A stretch of 64,000 nucleotides of DNA. Source: Pirellula staleyi DSM 6068 (GTDB lineage Bacteria > Planctomycetota > Planctomycetia > Pirellulales > Pirellulaceae). Below are positions 31,199-40,708 of the stretch, in pieces. Below the pieces are notes generated by a model. That model did not search any database. It saw only the letters and a list, made by a program, of their open reading frames with translations, and was not told the DNA's origin. A program made the translations under genes and the position numbers. Every line of letters starts with the position of its first letter. The first letter of the stretch is position 1. The stretch lies in NCBI GenBank assembly GCA_000025185.1, contig CP001848.1, positions 1,671,699-1,735,698 on the forward strand, read 5' to 3'.

Positions 31199-32803
31199 AT
31201 GGTTGAAGTACTGATTCCTATTGTGATGGGCGTGATGTTCATCGGCATGCTCGCGTTCGGGCTCTTTATTGCTTTCATCAAGCAATTCAAGCGCTGCCCG
31301 AGCAACCGCGTGCTCGTGATTTTCGGTCGCACCGGCAAAGGTTCGAGCCACACCATCCATGGTGGCGCGAAGTTCGTGTGGCCCTTCATTCAGGACTACG
31401 CCTACCTGAGCCTCGAGCCGATTCAAATCGAAGTTCCTCTGCGTGGCGCACTCTCGTCGGAGAACATCCGCGTGAATGTGCCGAGCGTCTTCACCGTCGC
31501 GATCGACACCAAGCCCGACGTGATGGCCAACGCTGCTGTTCGTTTGCTCGGCCTCACCGTCCAAGAGATTCGCAAGCAAGCGGAAGAAATGATCTTCGGC
31601 CAGCTGCGACAAGTGATTGCTTCGATGGGCATCGAAGAAATCAACCGCGATCGCGATAAGTTCCTCGAACATGTGCAGCACTCGCTCGAGCCGGAACTGG
31701 CGAAGATCGGTCTGCAGCTGATCAACGTCAACATCACCGACATCACCGACGAATCGGGCTACATCGACGCGATTGGCCAGAAGGCTGCTTCGCTCGCGAT
31801 TCAGCAGGCACGTGGCGACGTCGCCGACAACGAAAAGATGGGAGAAACGCGCGTGGCGGCTGCCGAGCGCGATAAGAGCATTCAAGTGGCCAACGCTCGC
31901 AAAGAGCAAGCGATCGGAACCCGCGAAGCACAGCGTGATCAGCTCGTTTCGATTGCCTCGCTCGAACGCGATCAAGAGATCGGTGAGAAGCAAGCGGCTT
32001 ACGAGCGCGAAGCGCAGGTGAAGCTCGCCGAGCGTCAAATGCGTATCCAAGTGGCCGAAGCAGATGCGACGGCGATCGACGGCGAAAACCTTTCCGCCGC
32101 TCGTGTCGCTGCCTCGCAAGCTGAACTCGCTGTGAAAAAAGCCGAAGCCTACGAACGTGGCGAAAGCCGTCGTAAGACAGCCGAAGCAAGCGTGATGGAA
32201 GTTCAAAACCGCGCGCTAGCCAAGGCGGCGCTCGCTGAAGCCGAACGTGTAGAAGCTGAACAGCGTGCCAAGCTCGAAGCTCCTGCCAAGGCTCAAAAGG
32301 CCCGCGCCATTGTCGACGCCGAAGCTGTCGCCGAGAAACGAATCATCGAAGCCAAAGCTGAAGCCGATGCGATCTACCTCAAGCTCGAAGCAGAAGCTCG
32401 TGGTCAGTACGAGATCCTCGCCAAGAAGGGTGATGGTCTCAAGCAGATTGTCGAAGCTTGCGGTGGCGCAAACCAGGCGTTCCAAATGCTGATGCTCGAA
32501 CACCTCGACAACCTGGCGGAAGCTTCGGCCAAGGCGATCTCGAACATCAAGTTCGACAAGGTGGTGGTGTGGGAAGGTGGCGGCAATGGCAACGGACGGA
32601 GCAGCACGGCTGACTTCCTCAGTGGCATGGCGAAGAGCCTGCCGCCGATGATGCAAGTGATGCGCGATATTGGTGGCGTCGAGCTTCCCGAATCGCTCGT
32701 GAAGCTGCATGGCGACAACACTGCCACCGGGACCGCGTCGACCGAAGCAACGTCGACCAGCACCGCAGCCGCTACAAAATCCGAGAAACCACCGAAGGCT
32801 TAA
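31199..32803 (+). CDS. Flotillin / SPFH-domain (band 7) family protein, YqiK-like.
   Basis: N-terminal TM, then an SPFH domain (RVLVIFGRTG...FVWPFIQDYAYLSLEPIQIEV), then a long Ala/Glu-rich coiled coil with EAxxxA repeats. AAGGAG RBS. Confidence 0.85.
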   Translation: MVEVLIPIVMGVMFIGMLAFGLFIAFIKQFKRCPSNRVLVIFGRTGKGSSHTIHGGAKFVWPFIQDYAYLSLEPIQIEVPLRGALSSENIRVNVPSVFTVAIDTKPDVMANAAVRLLGLTVQEIRKQAEEMIFGQLRQVIASMGIEEINRDRDKFLEHVQHSLEPELAKIGLQLINVNITDITDESGYIDAIGQKAASLAIQQARGDVADNEKMGETRVAAAERDKSIQVANARKEQAIGTREAQRDQLVSIASLERDQEIGEKQAAYEREAQVKLAERQMRIQVAEADATAIDGENLSAARVAASQAELAVKKAEAYERGESRRKTAEASVMEVQNRALAKAALAEAERVEAEQRAKLEAPAKAQKARAIVDAEAVAEKRIIEAKAEADAIYLKLEAEARGQYEILAKKGDGLKQIVEACGGANQAFQMLMLEHLDNLAEASAKAISNIKFDKVVVWEGGGNGNGRSSTADFLSGMAKSLPPMMQVMRDIGGVELPESLVKLHGDNTATGTASTEATSTSTAAATKSEKPPKA

Positions 32804-32877
32804 CGAGCTTTCCTAAGCAGAATTGCGAGCTCGTAGGCTCATCCCTACTTGCCGCAGCTCGCTAAATCGAGAACGAT

Positions 32878-32920
32878 GCGCTCGCGCGAAGTTGATCTTC
32901 GTGCGAGCGTTTTTCGTTTC
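32878..32920 (+). terminator. Strong Rho-independent terminator after the flotillin gene.
   Basis: gcgctcgcgcgaag-ttgat-cttcgtgcgagcg (13-bp stem, 1 mismatch) followed by tttttcgtttctt. Confidence 0.7.
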
Positions 32921-32950
32921 TTGATCCCCTTCGCGCAGGAGTAACGTGCG

Positions 32951-33847
32951 GTGACCAGAACGCCCGAATTCCTGTTATGGTCGATCAGTCGGAAGTGTCC
33001 GCTACGCACCTATCGCAACTGGGACGATCCGCAGCGAACCGAGCGTCATTTGCGAGCTGCGCGGGCCTTTGCCGAGGCGATGGTGGAAGGACGTGTGCTG
33101 GGGGATTTGTGTTTCGATAACGCGGTCGATCCGTGGTCGGTGGCACAGGAAGATGAGCCCCGCGCGTTTCGGATCGAAGCGAGTCTCGCGCATCTCGGGG
33201 GGAGTATTCAGGTCCTCTCGACCTGCGATGAATGCCCCGCGCGAACCCTGGCGGCGGGGAGCAAAAAAATTGCTGCCTCCTGCTATGGCTGGTGGATTTT
33301 GCCCGACGATCCGAGCCCGATTCATCAAACGATCGAGCGCGCCGCGACAGCCGCCAAAGCACTCGACCCCAACGATGCCTGGCCGATGCCGACCTCTCCC
33401 TGCTGGTATGGTGTGTGGCAACAAGGGGTGTTCACGGGGGATCATTTGCCAGCGCTGACGGCGATGCTCGAACAGCAGCGTTTTCCGAGTGAAACGGCGC
33501 AGGCGAGTGCCACGCATCTGGCCGCCGCAGCACGCGTCGCGTTTCTCGAGCGTCTGCCGCTGGTGGTCACTTTGTATCCGCCCGGCCATGTCGAGAATCG
33601 GCTATGGACACTCGATCCTCATTGCCCGCGCTGCCAGGCTCCCTCTAGACACGATCCGGAGCGGTGCGGCGTCTGCGGCTATATCGGCCCAATCACACCG
33701 ACGACGACGTTCAAAGCGCGTGGCTCGCGCCCGTGGCGCCCGCTGTCGCAAGTCGCGCTCCCCGAGGAACGTGCGAAAGTTCGCGAACTGCTCGCTGCAC
33801 TCGAAGAAGATCCCGAAGGAAATTCCGACGAGGAATCAAAAGAGTAA
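32951..33847 (+). CDS. Hypothetical protein with Cys-rich motifs (CDEC...CYGWW...CPRCQ...CGVCG).
   Basis: 298-aa ORF. I recognise no family. Confidence 0.4.
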   Translation: MTRTPEFLLWSISRKCPLRTYRNWDDPQRTERHLRAARAFAEAMVEGRVLGDLCFDNAVDPWSVAQEDEPRAFRIEASLAHLGGSIQVLSTCDECPARTLAAGSKKIAASCYGWWILPDDPSPIHQTIERAATAAKALDPNDAWPMPTSPCWYGVWQQGVFTGDHLPALTAMLEQQRFPSETAQASATHLAAAARVAFLERLPLVVTLYPPGHVENRLWTLDPHCPRCQAPSRHDPERCGVCGYIGPITPTTTFKARGSRPWRPLSQVALPEERAKVRELLAALEEDPEGNSDEESKE

Positions 33848-33989
33848 AGCGAGCTTCAGACGCCCGTGTGCCACTGGGCTCTGCCCAGTGCGAAGTGTAG
33901 ATGGACGCTACGATCTTAGGCAGATTTCGCCCAAAGCATCGGTTCCAACTTCTGCACTGGCGAGACGCCAGTGGCACCCAAAAACACCT

Positions 33990-34100
33990 GACATGGGTCG
34001 ATACACGAAGTACTAATTCTCTTCGTGCACTCGGTGCTCTTCGTGGTGCAAGATTACCACGAAGGACACGAAAGACACGAAGTAGTTTTGGCTTTGCAGC
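33990..34100. repeat. Cluster of short palindromic CACGAAG/CTTCGTG repeats forming stacked hairpins between convergent genes.
   Basis: acacgaagtactaattctcttcgtgcactcggtgctcttcgtggtgcaagattaccacgaaggacacgaaagacacgaagtag. Confidence 0.6.
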
Positions 34101-34166
34101 TTCGTAGGTCCGGTTCCACCGGACAAGAATTGCGGGCTTGTTTGTACTGAGGATTACCGTGGGCGT

Positions 34167-34970
34167 TTACTTATCGAACTGCTGTTCGGGACCGGGGAAC
34201 TGACCACTCCGGACATCTTCGCGGTATGCCACCACCGCATCGGCAATCGTTTGCTGCAGATGGGCATATTGCTTGACGAAGCGCGGCACATAGCCGTGCG
34301 TGAGTCCCAGCAGATCGTGTAGCACCAGCACCTGTCCATCGCACTGATTGCCAGCGCCAATCCCGATCGTCGGGACACGGAGCTTAGAGGTGATCTCCGC
34401 CGCCAGCGGAGCCGGAATGCATTCGAGCAGTACCGAGAACGCGCCTGCCTCCTGGGCCGAGAGAGCATCGTGGATCAAACGCTCGGCATCGCGCTGCACT
34501 TTATAGCCCCCCATGGTGTGGACACTTTGCGGGCGGAGTCCCACATGGGCCATCACCGGGATGCCAGCCGAAACCAGACCGGCAATCACGTCGGCTTGTT
34601 CGGCCCCCCCTTCGAGTTTCACAGCCTGACAGCGAGTCTCTTTGATGATCCGCGAGGCATTTTCAATCGCCCGATGCACCCCGAGCAAATTGGTCGGAAA
34701 CGGCATGTCGACAATCACCAGCGCATGCTGCACAGCGCGGCCGACCATCTCGGCATGGTAGATCATTTGATCGAGCGTCACAGGCAATGTGGTGTCGTGC
34801 CCCTGCACCACCATCGACATGCTGTCGCCCACTAGAATTGCTTCGATCCCCGCGCCGTCGAGCAAGGCAGCCATCGAGTAGTCGTAGGCGGTCAGCATGC
34901 TGATCTTGCGACCAGATGCCTTGAAGCTGACGAATTCAGGAACGGTGACGCGGGATGCTCGTTTGGCCAT
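34167..34970 (-). CDS. panB: 3-methyl-2-oxobutanoate hydroxymethyltransferase (ketopantoate hydroxymethyltransferase).
   Basis: Start ATG 34970 (MAKRASRVTVPEF). KISMLTAYDYSMA signature, then VGDSMSMVVQGHDTTLPVTLDQMIYH. 267 aa. Confidence 0.85.
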   Translation of the reverse strand: MAKRASRVTVPEFVSFKASGRKISMLTAYDYSMAALLDGAGIEAILVGDSMSMVVQGHDTTLPVTLDQMIYHAEMVGRAVQHALVIVDMPFPTNLLGVHRAIENASRIIKETRCQAVKLEGGAEQADVIAGLVSAGIPVMAHVGLRPQSVHTMGGYKVQRDAERLIHDALSAQEAGAFSVLLECIPAPLAAEITSKLRVPTIGIGAGNQCDGQVLVLHDLLGLTHGYVPRFVKQYAHLQQTIADAVVAYREDVRSGQFPGPEQQFDK

Positions 34971-35270
34971 GTCGGAGTTCGTTGTGCGTGGGGAGAGTCG
35001 TCGCGATCCCGGCAGGCTGGGGAGCGCCACGTTGAAGTCGTGCCAGGGTCTATCATAGCTCGCGCCCTCTCGCGGATGTGATGCTCTGAAGCATTGCAGC
35101 GCTCTTTTTCTGCTACACTTTTGCCCGTTAAGAGCGCCCGTTGCAAACGCCCACTGCGAGGCAGCCACTCGAGGGTTGCCAGGAGGAGAGCTTCGCGCGG
35201 GAAAAAGTTCGCGCAGGCACTGACGGATCGCTCGATCGAGGAGCGGGGCGATGAGGGAAGTTGGGCTACC

Positions 35271-37067
35271 ATGGAGGCGGGACTGAACGTGAACAGCAGC
35301 GCGGAGCGTGAACCACGACAGCGTGCCTCGGGGCGAGCCACCGGCAGCAGCACTGTGGATAAAGGTGGCGACAAGCGTAGTGACAATAGTGGCGACAAGC
35401 AGACGCGCGATCGCAGCGCGGTGCTTCTCGGCCACTGGCAAACGCTGCTGGTGGCGCTGCTCGGGAGTTTGCTCCTCTATCTGGCGTTTCCTCCTGCGCG
35501 GCTCGGCCTACTAGCCTGGGTGGCCCCCCTTCCCTGGCTCTGGCTTGTCGCTCAGCCGACACTCGCCGCACGTCGACCTTATCTGGCGATTTACCTCGCG
35601 TCGTGGGTCTTTTGGCTCGCGCTACTGCAAGGAATTCGTCTGGCGCATCCGGCACTGATCCTCGGCTGGATTGCACTGGCAGCTTATCTCGCCGCTTACT
35701 TGCCGCTGTTCGTGGCGATCACGCGTCAGGCGGTTCACACGTACAAGATTCCGCTGATCGTGGCCGCGCCGATAGTGTGGGTCGGACTCGAACTGGTTCG
35801 CGGCCGGATGATCAGTGGCTTCTCGCTCGGGGGACTTGCGAACTCGCAAACCGAGTGGGTCACGCTGCTGCAAATCTGCGACCTGGCCGGGGCGTATGGA
35901 TTGAGCGCGCTGATGATGATCACGTCTTCGGCGATCCTCGCACTGATGCAAACCGAGCGGTCGAGACTCGCGCGGGTGATTGAGCCGGTAGTGGCGGTGG
36001 CGCTTATCGGCGGCGCGCTGCTGTATGGACAAGCCCGACTCCGCGCGCCGGAATCGGAGGAGACGATTCTTTCGGCAGCGCTCATTCAAGGTTCGCTCGA
36101 CACCGTGTTTGAAGTGAGCCCCGAGCGCGTGCGCGAGACGATCACCACCTATGCGCGACTGACCAGCGAGGCCCGCGCTTCGATCGGCGATCTCGATTTG
36201 GTGATCTGGCCCGAATCGATGTTTCCGATCCCTCGGTTTGATATCGAAGAGCCTCTGGAAGATGATCGCGAAAGTGGGCTAACGAAAGAGCAACTCCGAT
36301 TGCGACTCGAGGAGATGAATCGTCAGTTCGATAGTGTGGTGCGTGATGCGGTGGCAAGTCTCAACAGCGAGGCGAATGCTTCGCGACCGACGCTGCTGCT
36401 GCTGGGGACCAACGTGATTCAGTATGGTCCAGGGCCGACGAAGATTTTTAATAGCGCCATGCTGTTCGATCCGCAGGGGACCCGGATCGCTCGCTACGAC
36501 AAGATGCACCCGGTGATGTTTGGAGAGTACGTTCCGCTGACCGACCTGTTTCCGTTCCTATATGACCTGACACCGATGGCGGGTGGCTTGTCGGCGGGGG
36601 AGGGTCCGGTGATGTTCGAGGTGGGGGAGGCGAAGCTATCGCCGAGCATTTGTTTCGAGAGTACGGTCCCTCATCTGCTGCGCACGCAAACAGCGCAACT
36701 AGTTGCGCAGCGCGCGCGCCCCGATTGTCTGGTAAACATCACAAACGATGGCTGGTTCTGGGGTTCCAGCTTGCTCGACATGCACCTGCATTGCGCGGTG
36801 TTGCGCGCGGTGGAAAACCGCCGGCCGATGCTGGTAGCCGCCAACACAGGCTTCTCGGCATCGATCGATGGCCGGGGTCGGCTTTTGGAGAGAGGCCCCC
36901 GACGTGCCGAGCGGATCATCCACGCCCAGGTGCGCCGCGAGAGTCTCACCAGTCCCTACCACACTGTGGGGGACCTCCCCGCCGTGGTTTGTGCGGCACT
37001 AGCGTGGCTGATTGCGATCTCTCAGCAGGTGGGAGAGTTCTGGCAACTGCTCAAACGCCGAAACTGA
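35271..37067 (+). CDS. lnt: Apolipoprotein N-acyltransferase.
   Basis: Polytopic N-terminus plus a C-N hydrolase domain with the E-K-C triad (IWPESMFP, YDKMHPVMFGEYVP, SICFES). Start is uncertain: 35271, or upstream as far as 35094. Confidence 0.75.
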   Translation: MEAGLNVNSSAEREPRQRASGRATGSSTVDKGGDKRSDNSGDKQTRDRSAVLLGHWQTLLVALLGSLLLYLAFPPARLGLLAWVAPLPWLWLVAQPTLAARRPYLAIYLASWVFWLALLQGIRLAHPALILGWIALAAYLAAYLPLFVAITRQAVHTYKIPLIVAAPIVWVGLELVRGRMISGFSLGGLANSQTEWVTLLQICDLAGAYGLSALMMITSSAILALMQTERSRLARVIEPVVAVALIGGALLYGQARLRAPESEETILSAALIQGSLDTVFEVSPERVRETITTYARLTSEARASIGDLDLVIWPESMFPIPRFDIEEPLEDDRESGLTKEQLRLRLEEMNRQFDSVVRDAVASLNSEANASRPTLLLLGTNVIQYGPGPTKIFNSAMLFDPQGTRIARYDKMHPVMFGEYVPLTDLFPFLYDLTPMAGGLSAGEGPVMFEVGEAKLSPSICFESTVPHLLRTQTAQLVAQRARPDCLVNITNDGWFWGSSLLDMHLHCAVLRAVENRRPMLVAANTGFSASIDGRGRLLERGPRRAERIIHAQVRRESLTSPYHTVGDLPAVVCAALAWLIAISQQVGEFWQLLKRRN

Positions 37068-37430
37068 TTGTGATGCTGGAACTGGGCCGCCGGAAATAGC
37101 AGCGGCAAACTTCGGGAAAAATGTCCGAATTCCGCTGGTAACGAACCACCCTGTCCCCGGCCATCGTAAGTTAGAGGTGGAGCGGGAAGGTTTTCTTTCC
37201 GATTCTGGGAACTATTTCGCCGGGCGGTTCTCGCCCTGTAGCCGCCGAATTTCCCGGCTCCGTCACCGATGGGGTAGTGCCGGTTAGTTTGCTCAAGATC
37301 GCCCACTTGGCGTAGGAAAACTTGGCTCGCGAGGCAAGTTGGGGCCGTTTTCGAGATTCTTCGGAGTCTGGTTTGAACCGCACAGAACTCGACCTAAACT
37401 TCCTAGCCAACCGAATTTGAACTCGTTTCG

Positions 37431-37460
37431 TTGACTTTTCATTTCAGCGGAAATTATACT
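37431..37460 (+). promoter_or_regulatory. Putative sigma70-like promoter TTGACT-N18-TATACT for the 37657 operon.
   Basis: ttgacttttcatttcagcggaaattatact. The approximately 190-nt leader holds a direct repeat GACACTTT(T)GCC at 37466 and 37507. Confidence 0.35.
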
Positions 37461-37656
37461 GAAGCGACACTTTTGCCTATTCTCCTCTCAAAGTGAAACG
37501 CCTGCGGACACTTTGCCGCTTGAGTGAAAGCTCGAGCTGGTAAGGATCGTTCTGCCGATTCGCGTTTCGGCTGCTTGTTAGTCTGGTGTGCGGACTGAGC
37601 GGCGGTAGAGGGCTAGTAGTGCTTCGTATACCCTTCCAACCAAGGTAGCGGTAGCC

Positions 37657-38511
37657 ATGACGCTCGTCGGGAAAATCTTCACCGTTCTGATTTTCATCAT
37701 GAGCCTCGTGTTCATGTCGTTGTCGCTGATGACCTTTGCGACACATCGCAATTGGAAAGAATTTGCGACCAACGCCTCTCCAGGACCGGGGCAAAAGCTG
37801 GGGCTGATGCAGCGCCTGCAACAGGCCCAGGATCTGAACAAACAACTCACCAGCGAACGGGATCGCATCCTGTTTCAGCTGGCTCAAGAACGCGCTTCAC
37901 GCAAAACAGCTCTCGCTGCCATGCAAACGCGTTTGGTCGCTGCCGAATCGGCCCTCGCTGCTCGTCAAAAAGCACTCGACGATCTGACCGCCACCCACAA
38001 CACCACGGCCGAAGCTGCTAAGACTGCGCAGGAACGCCTCACCGCCCTCGAAATGGAAGTGCAAGGCTTGCGCGATGAAGTCCGCGTCACGCAGCAAGAT
38101 CTCGACAAGAAGTTCGGCGAAGTGGTCACCCTCACCGATCAGCTGAATCAATCGACCGGCCTCAAGCTTCGTCTCGAAGAACGCAACACGCAGCTCGCCC
38201 TGCAAGTCACCCGCATGAAGATGGTGATGGATGCCAAGGGTCTGACTGAAGACGCTCTCGTCTCGCACATCCCGCCGCAAGTCGAAGGTGTTGTGCTCGC
38301 CGTGAGTGACAAGGATCTGATCGAGATCTCGCTCGGAGCCGACGATGGCCTGAAGGAAGGTCACGTGATGGAAGTGTTCCGTGGCAACACCTACCTGGGA
38401 CGCGTTATCATCCGCCGCACCGCTCCTGATCGAGCCGTCGCCCAGATCGTCAAGGAACTCCAGCGAGGCCAGATTAAGAAGGGCGACAATGTCTCTACCA
38501 AGCTCGGCTAG
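37657..38511 (+). CDS. Membrane-anchored coiled-coil protein with a C-terminal small beta-rich (OB-like) domain.
   Basis: N-terminal TM (LVGKIFTVLIFIMSLVFMSLSLMTFA), then a long heptad-rich region, then C-terminal GVVLAVSDKDLIEISLGADDGLKEGHVMEVFRGNTYLGRVIIRR. Confidence 0.5.
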   Translation: MTLVGKIFTVLIFIMSLVFMSLSLMTFATHRNWKEFATNASPGPGQKLGLMQRLQQAQDLNKQLTSERDRILFQLAQERASRKTALAAMQTRLVAAESALAARQKALDDLTATHNTTAEAAKTAQERLTALEMEVQGLRDEVRVTQQDLDKKFGEVVTLTDQLNQSTGLKLRLEERNTQLALQVTRMKMVMDAKGLTEDALVSHIPPQVEGVVLAVSDKDLIEISLGADDGLKEGHVMEVFRGNTYLGRVIIRRTAPDRAVAQIVKELQRGQIKKGDNVSTKLG

Positions 38512-38683
38512 TCCTTCGTATCAGCCTACGGAAAAGCCCGAAACCAACATCTTCACGATCATGCTGTTGCTGTCGTTCGTGGCGCTGGTTACCGGCTGTG
38601 TGCTGATGCATCTCGAACTGCAACGCTTCGGTCCCGAGTATCCGTTTTGGAAAACTCCTCCGGTGCCGCAGGTCGTGCGCTAA
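38489..38683 (+). CDS. Small (64 aa) single-TM protein, paralog A. Its start overlaps the last 23 nt of the upstream gene.
   Basis: MSLPSSASPSYQPTEKPETNIFTIMLLLSFVALVTGCVLMHLELQRFGPEYPFWKTPPVPQVVR. Confidence 0.45.
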   Translation: MSLPSSASPSYQPTEKPETNIFTIMLLLSFVALVTGCVLMHLELQRFGPEYPFWKTPPVPQVVR

Positions 38684-38760
38684 GCGTCTGCTCTCCATCG
38701 GTACGACTCCGCTTGCTTGTTCGCGATTCGTTGTCCGCTACTTTCATCGAGACCATCGAC

Positions 38761-38937
38761 ATGGCCACTGCCAACAACGAATCGACACCAAAGACCAAGG
38801 AACGAACGAATCCCTACACCGTGGTGCTGGGACTCACGCTGCTGGCCATCACGCTCGCCTGCATTGCACTGGTGATCGAACTACGTCAGTATGGTAACTT
38901 CCCATTCGAACTAGTGTGGAAGACCCCGAAAATCTAG
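38761..38937 (+). CDS. Small (58 aa) single-TM protein, paralog B.
   Basis: MATANNESTPKTKERTNPYTVVLGLTLLAITLACIALVIELRQYGNFPFELVWKTPKI. Shares N(P/I)(Y/F)T...A..(A/G)C(I/V)....EL(R/Q)(Q/R)(Y/F)G...F..WKTP with paralog A. Confidence 0.45.
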   Translation: MATANNESTPKTKERTNPYTVVLGLTLLAITLACIALVIELRQYGNFPFELVWKTPKI

Positions 38938-38979
38938 TCGGCCGGTCTGCTCTTTAAGCCCACGGAGCGGGGCACTTCT

Positions 38980-39651
38980 TTGCGGCACTACTCGCTAGCG
39001 GCATCAGGATTCGAGTTAGTTACCGGCGCAATCGCTCGAGCCCGCTGCGCCGAGATTGCTCACTTGCTCGACGAGCGCGACAGCATTTCGCTCGGCTCGC
39101 GGCGTTTACTCGACCAGCCCTGGTGCCGCGAACTGGCCGTAGATTTGCGACGCCATCCACGCATCGCCGCGCTCATTCCAGAAGCGTGGGTTGTCGCGCA
39201 GTGCACCTTGTTCGAGAAATCGCGTGCGACCAATTGGCTCGTGCCGCTGCATCAGGACCTTAGTATTCCTGTGCGCGAGCGGGTCGAACATCCGGAACTC
39301 TCAGGCTGGTCGATCAAAGAGGAAGGCCACTTTGTACAGCCTCCCGCCGAGCTTCTTGCCATGCTGGTGGCGGTGCGATTGCATATCGACCCCTGCGACC
39401 AGCAGGATGGTCCGCTGCGCGTGGTTCCCGATTCTCATCGCGCTGGAAAGCTCTCGCCTGAAGCCTCCGCCGAGCTTCGAAATCGCTCGGGAGAAACGAG
39501 TTGCATCGCCGAGGCTGGTGATGCACTCCTGCTGCGGCCTCTCCTCCTGCATGCGTCGTCGAAAGCGACCGGCAGCAGTCAGCGGCGCGTTCTGCACTTT
39601 TTGTGGGGGCCACCAGCGCTCACGTGCGGGCTTTCTTGGCCTGCCAGCTGA
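38980..39651 (+). CDS. Phytanoyl-CoA dioxygenase (PhyH)-family Fe(II)/2-oxoglutarate oxygenase-like protein.
   Basis: WLVPLHQDLSIP (HxD) and a distal LHAS. Size and spacing are consistent with PhyH. Assignment is by eye. Confidence 0.45.
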   Translation: MRHYSLAASGFELVTGAIARARCAEIAHLLDERDSISLGSRRLLDQPWCRELAVDLRRHPRIAALIPEAWVVAQCTLFEKSRATNWLVPLHQDLSIPVRERVEHPELSGWSIKEEGHFVQPPAELLAMLVAVRLHIDPCDQQDGPLRVVPDSHRAGKLSPEASAELRNRSGETSCIAEAGDALLLRPLLLHASSKATGSSQRRVLHFLWGPPALTCGLSWPAS

Positions 39652-39911
39652 AAGATCGGCCAAGTTCGGCCCCTTTCACTTCTGTCTGCCGGCCGAACGC
39701 CAGTTTCTAGTTAACTTGCGCGACCATTTGCCAGTTTATCCCGTAGTCCAGTGGCCACGACGAGTCAGTCGCGGATATTCGAGCGCATCTCATTTTTTGT
39801 AGCGGCCATTTCGTCAATCTCCACGAGGATTGCAAGCGTCACGCACGCCACCCGTCCGTGCGACACGCATGGGGTTTTCGTAACATCGCCGAGCGAGCAG
39901 AGTCTCAGCCC

Positions 39912-40685
39912 ATGTGCACATCCCTTTCCGAGAGTTCGCTCGAGAAGAACGCCTCGAGCGAAATTTATAGCAGCGAGTATGTGCAGCGGCTGTTCGATGA
40001 AATGTCGCACACCTATGGCATCGTGAATGTTCTCTCGTCGTTTGGCTTTGCCGTGCGCTGGCGCTCGCAGTGCATCGATCAAGCGCGAGTGGAGGTGGGA
40101 GATCGTGTCTGCGATTTAATGTCGGGCATGGGAGAGATGTGGCCCGGCCTCGCGCGACAACTGCGCGGGCGTGGCAAGATCGTCGGCATCGACTTCTCGC
40201 GCTCGATGGTCGAGAAGTCCCAGCGAACCCTCGCGCGCATCACTCGGCAAAACGCTGAGCAGCCAATCACCATCGAAGCTCTGCTCGACGACGCGCTCGC
40301 CAGCAAGGTTCCCGACCAGTCGGTCGATGTGGTCACCTGTTCGTTTGGACTCAAGACCCTCGACGAAAATCAGCGCGGGCGACTTGCTCGTGAAGTGCAT
40401 CGCATCTTGAAGCCGGGAGGACGATGCTCATTCGTCGAGATCTCGGTGCCACCTCAGCGATGGCTCCGAGCAGCTTACTTCTTCTATCTCAACCAGGTGG
40501 TGCCGATCATCGGTTGGCTGTTGCTCGGCAACCCCGAGAACTATCGCATGCTGGGTCGCTACACCAGCGCGTTTGGGAACTGCGATCGTTTTGTGCAAGC
40601 GTGCCGCAGCGCGGGACTCGATGTCGAGCCCGCCAGCTACTTCTTTGGCTGCGCAACGGGCGTCGTCGGAACCAGACCGCAGTAA
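39912..40685 (+). CDS. Class I SAM-dependent methyltransferase (UbiE/COQ5-like).
   Basis: YDEMSHTYGIVNVLSSFG...VGDRVCDLMSGMGEMW...GKIVGIDFSRSMVE...ILKPGGRCSF layout resembles UbiE/MenG. Confidence 0.6.
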   Translation: MCTSLSESSLEKNASSEIYSSEYVQRLFDEMSHTYGIVNVLSSFGFAVRWRSQCIDQARVEVGDRVCDLMSGMGEMWPGLARQLRGRGKIVGIDFSRSMVEKSQRTLARITRQNAEQPITIEALLDDALASKVPDQSVDVVTCSFGLKTLDENQRGRLAREVHRILKPGGRCSFVEISVPPQRWLRAAYFFYLNQVVPIIGWLLLGNPENYRMLGRYTSAFGNCDRFVQACRSAGLDVEPASYFFGCATGVVGTRPQ

Positions 40686-40708
40686 AACGGCGCCTCCAGA
40701 GTGAATTG

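Noticed and set aside
35094-35270. Upstream part of the lnt ORF.
   Set aside because: Basic low-complexity translation (RGSHSRVARRRASRGKK). It would place the start very close to the divergent panB start. The downstream ATG at 35271 is preferred but uncertain.
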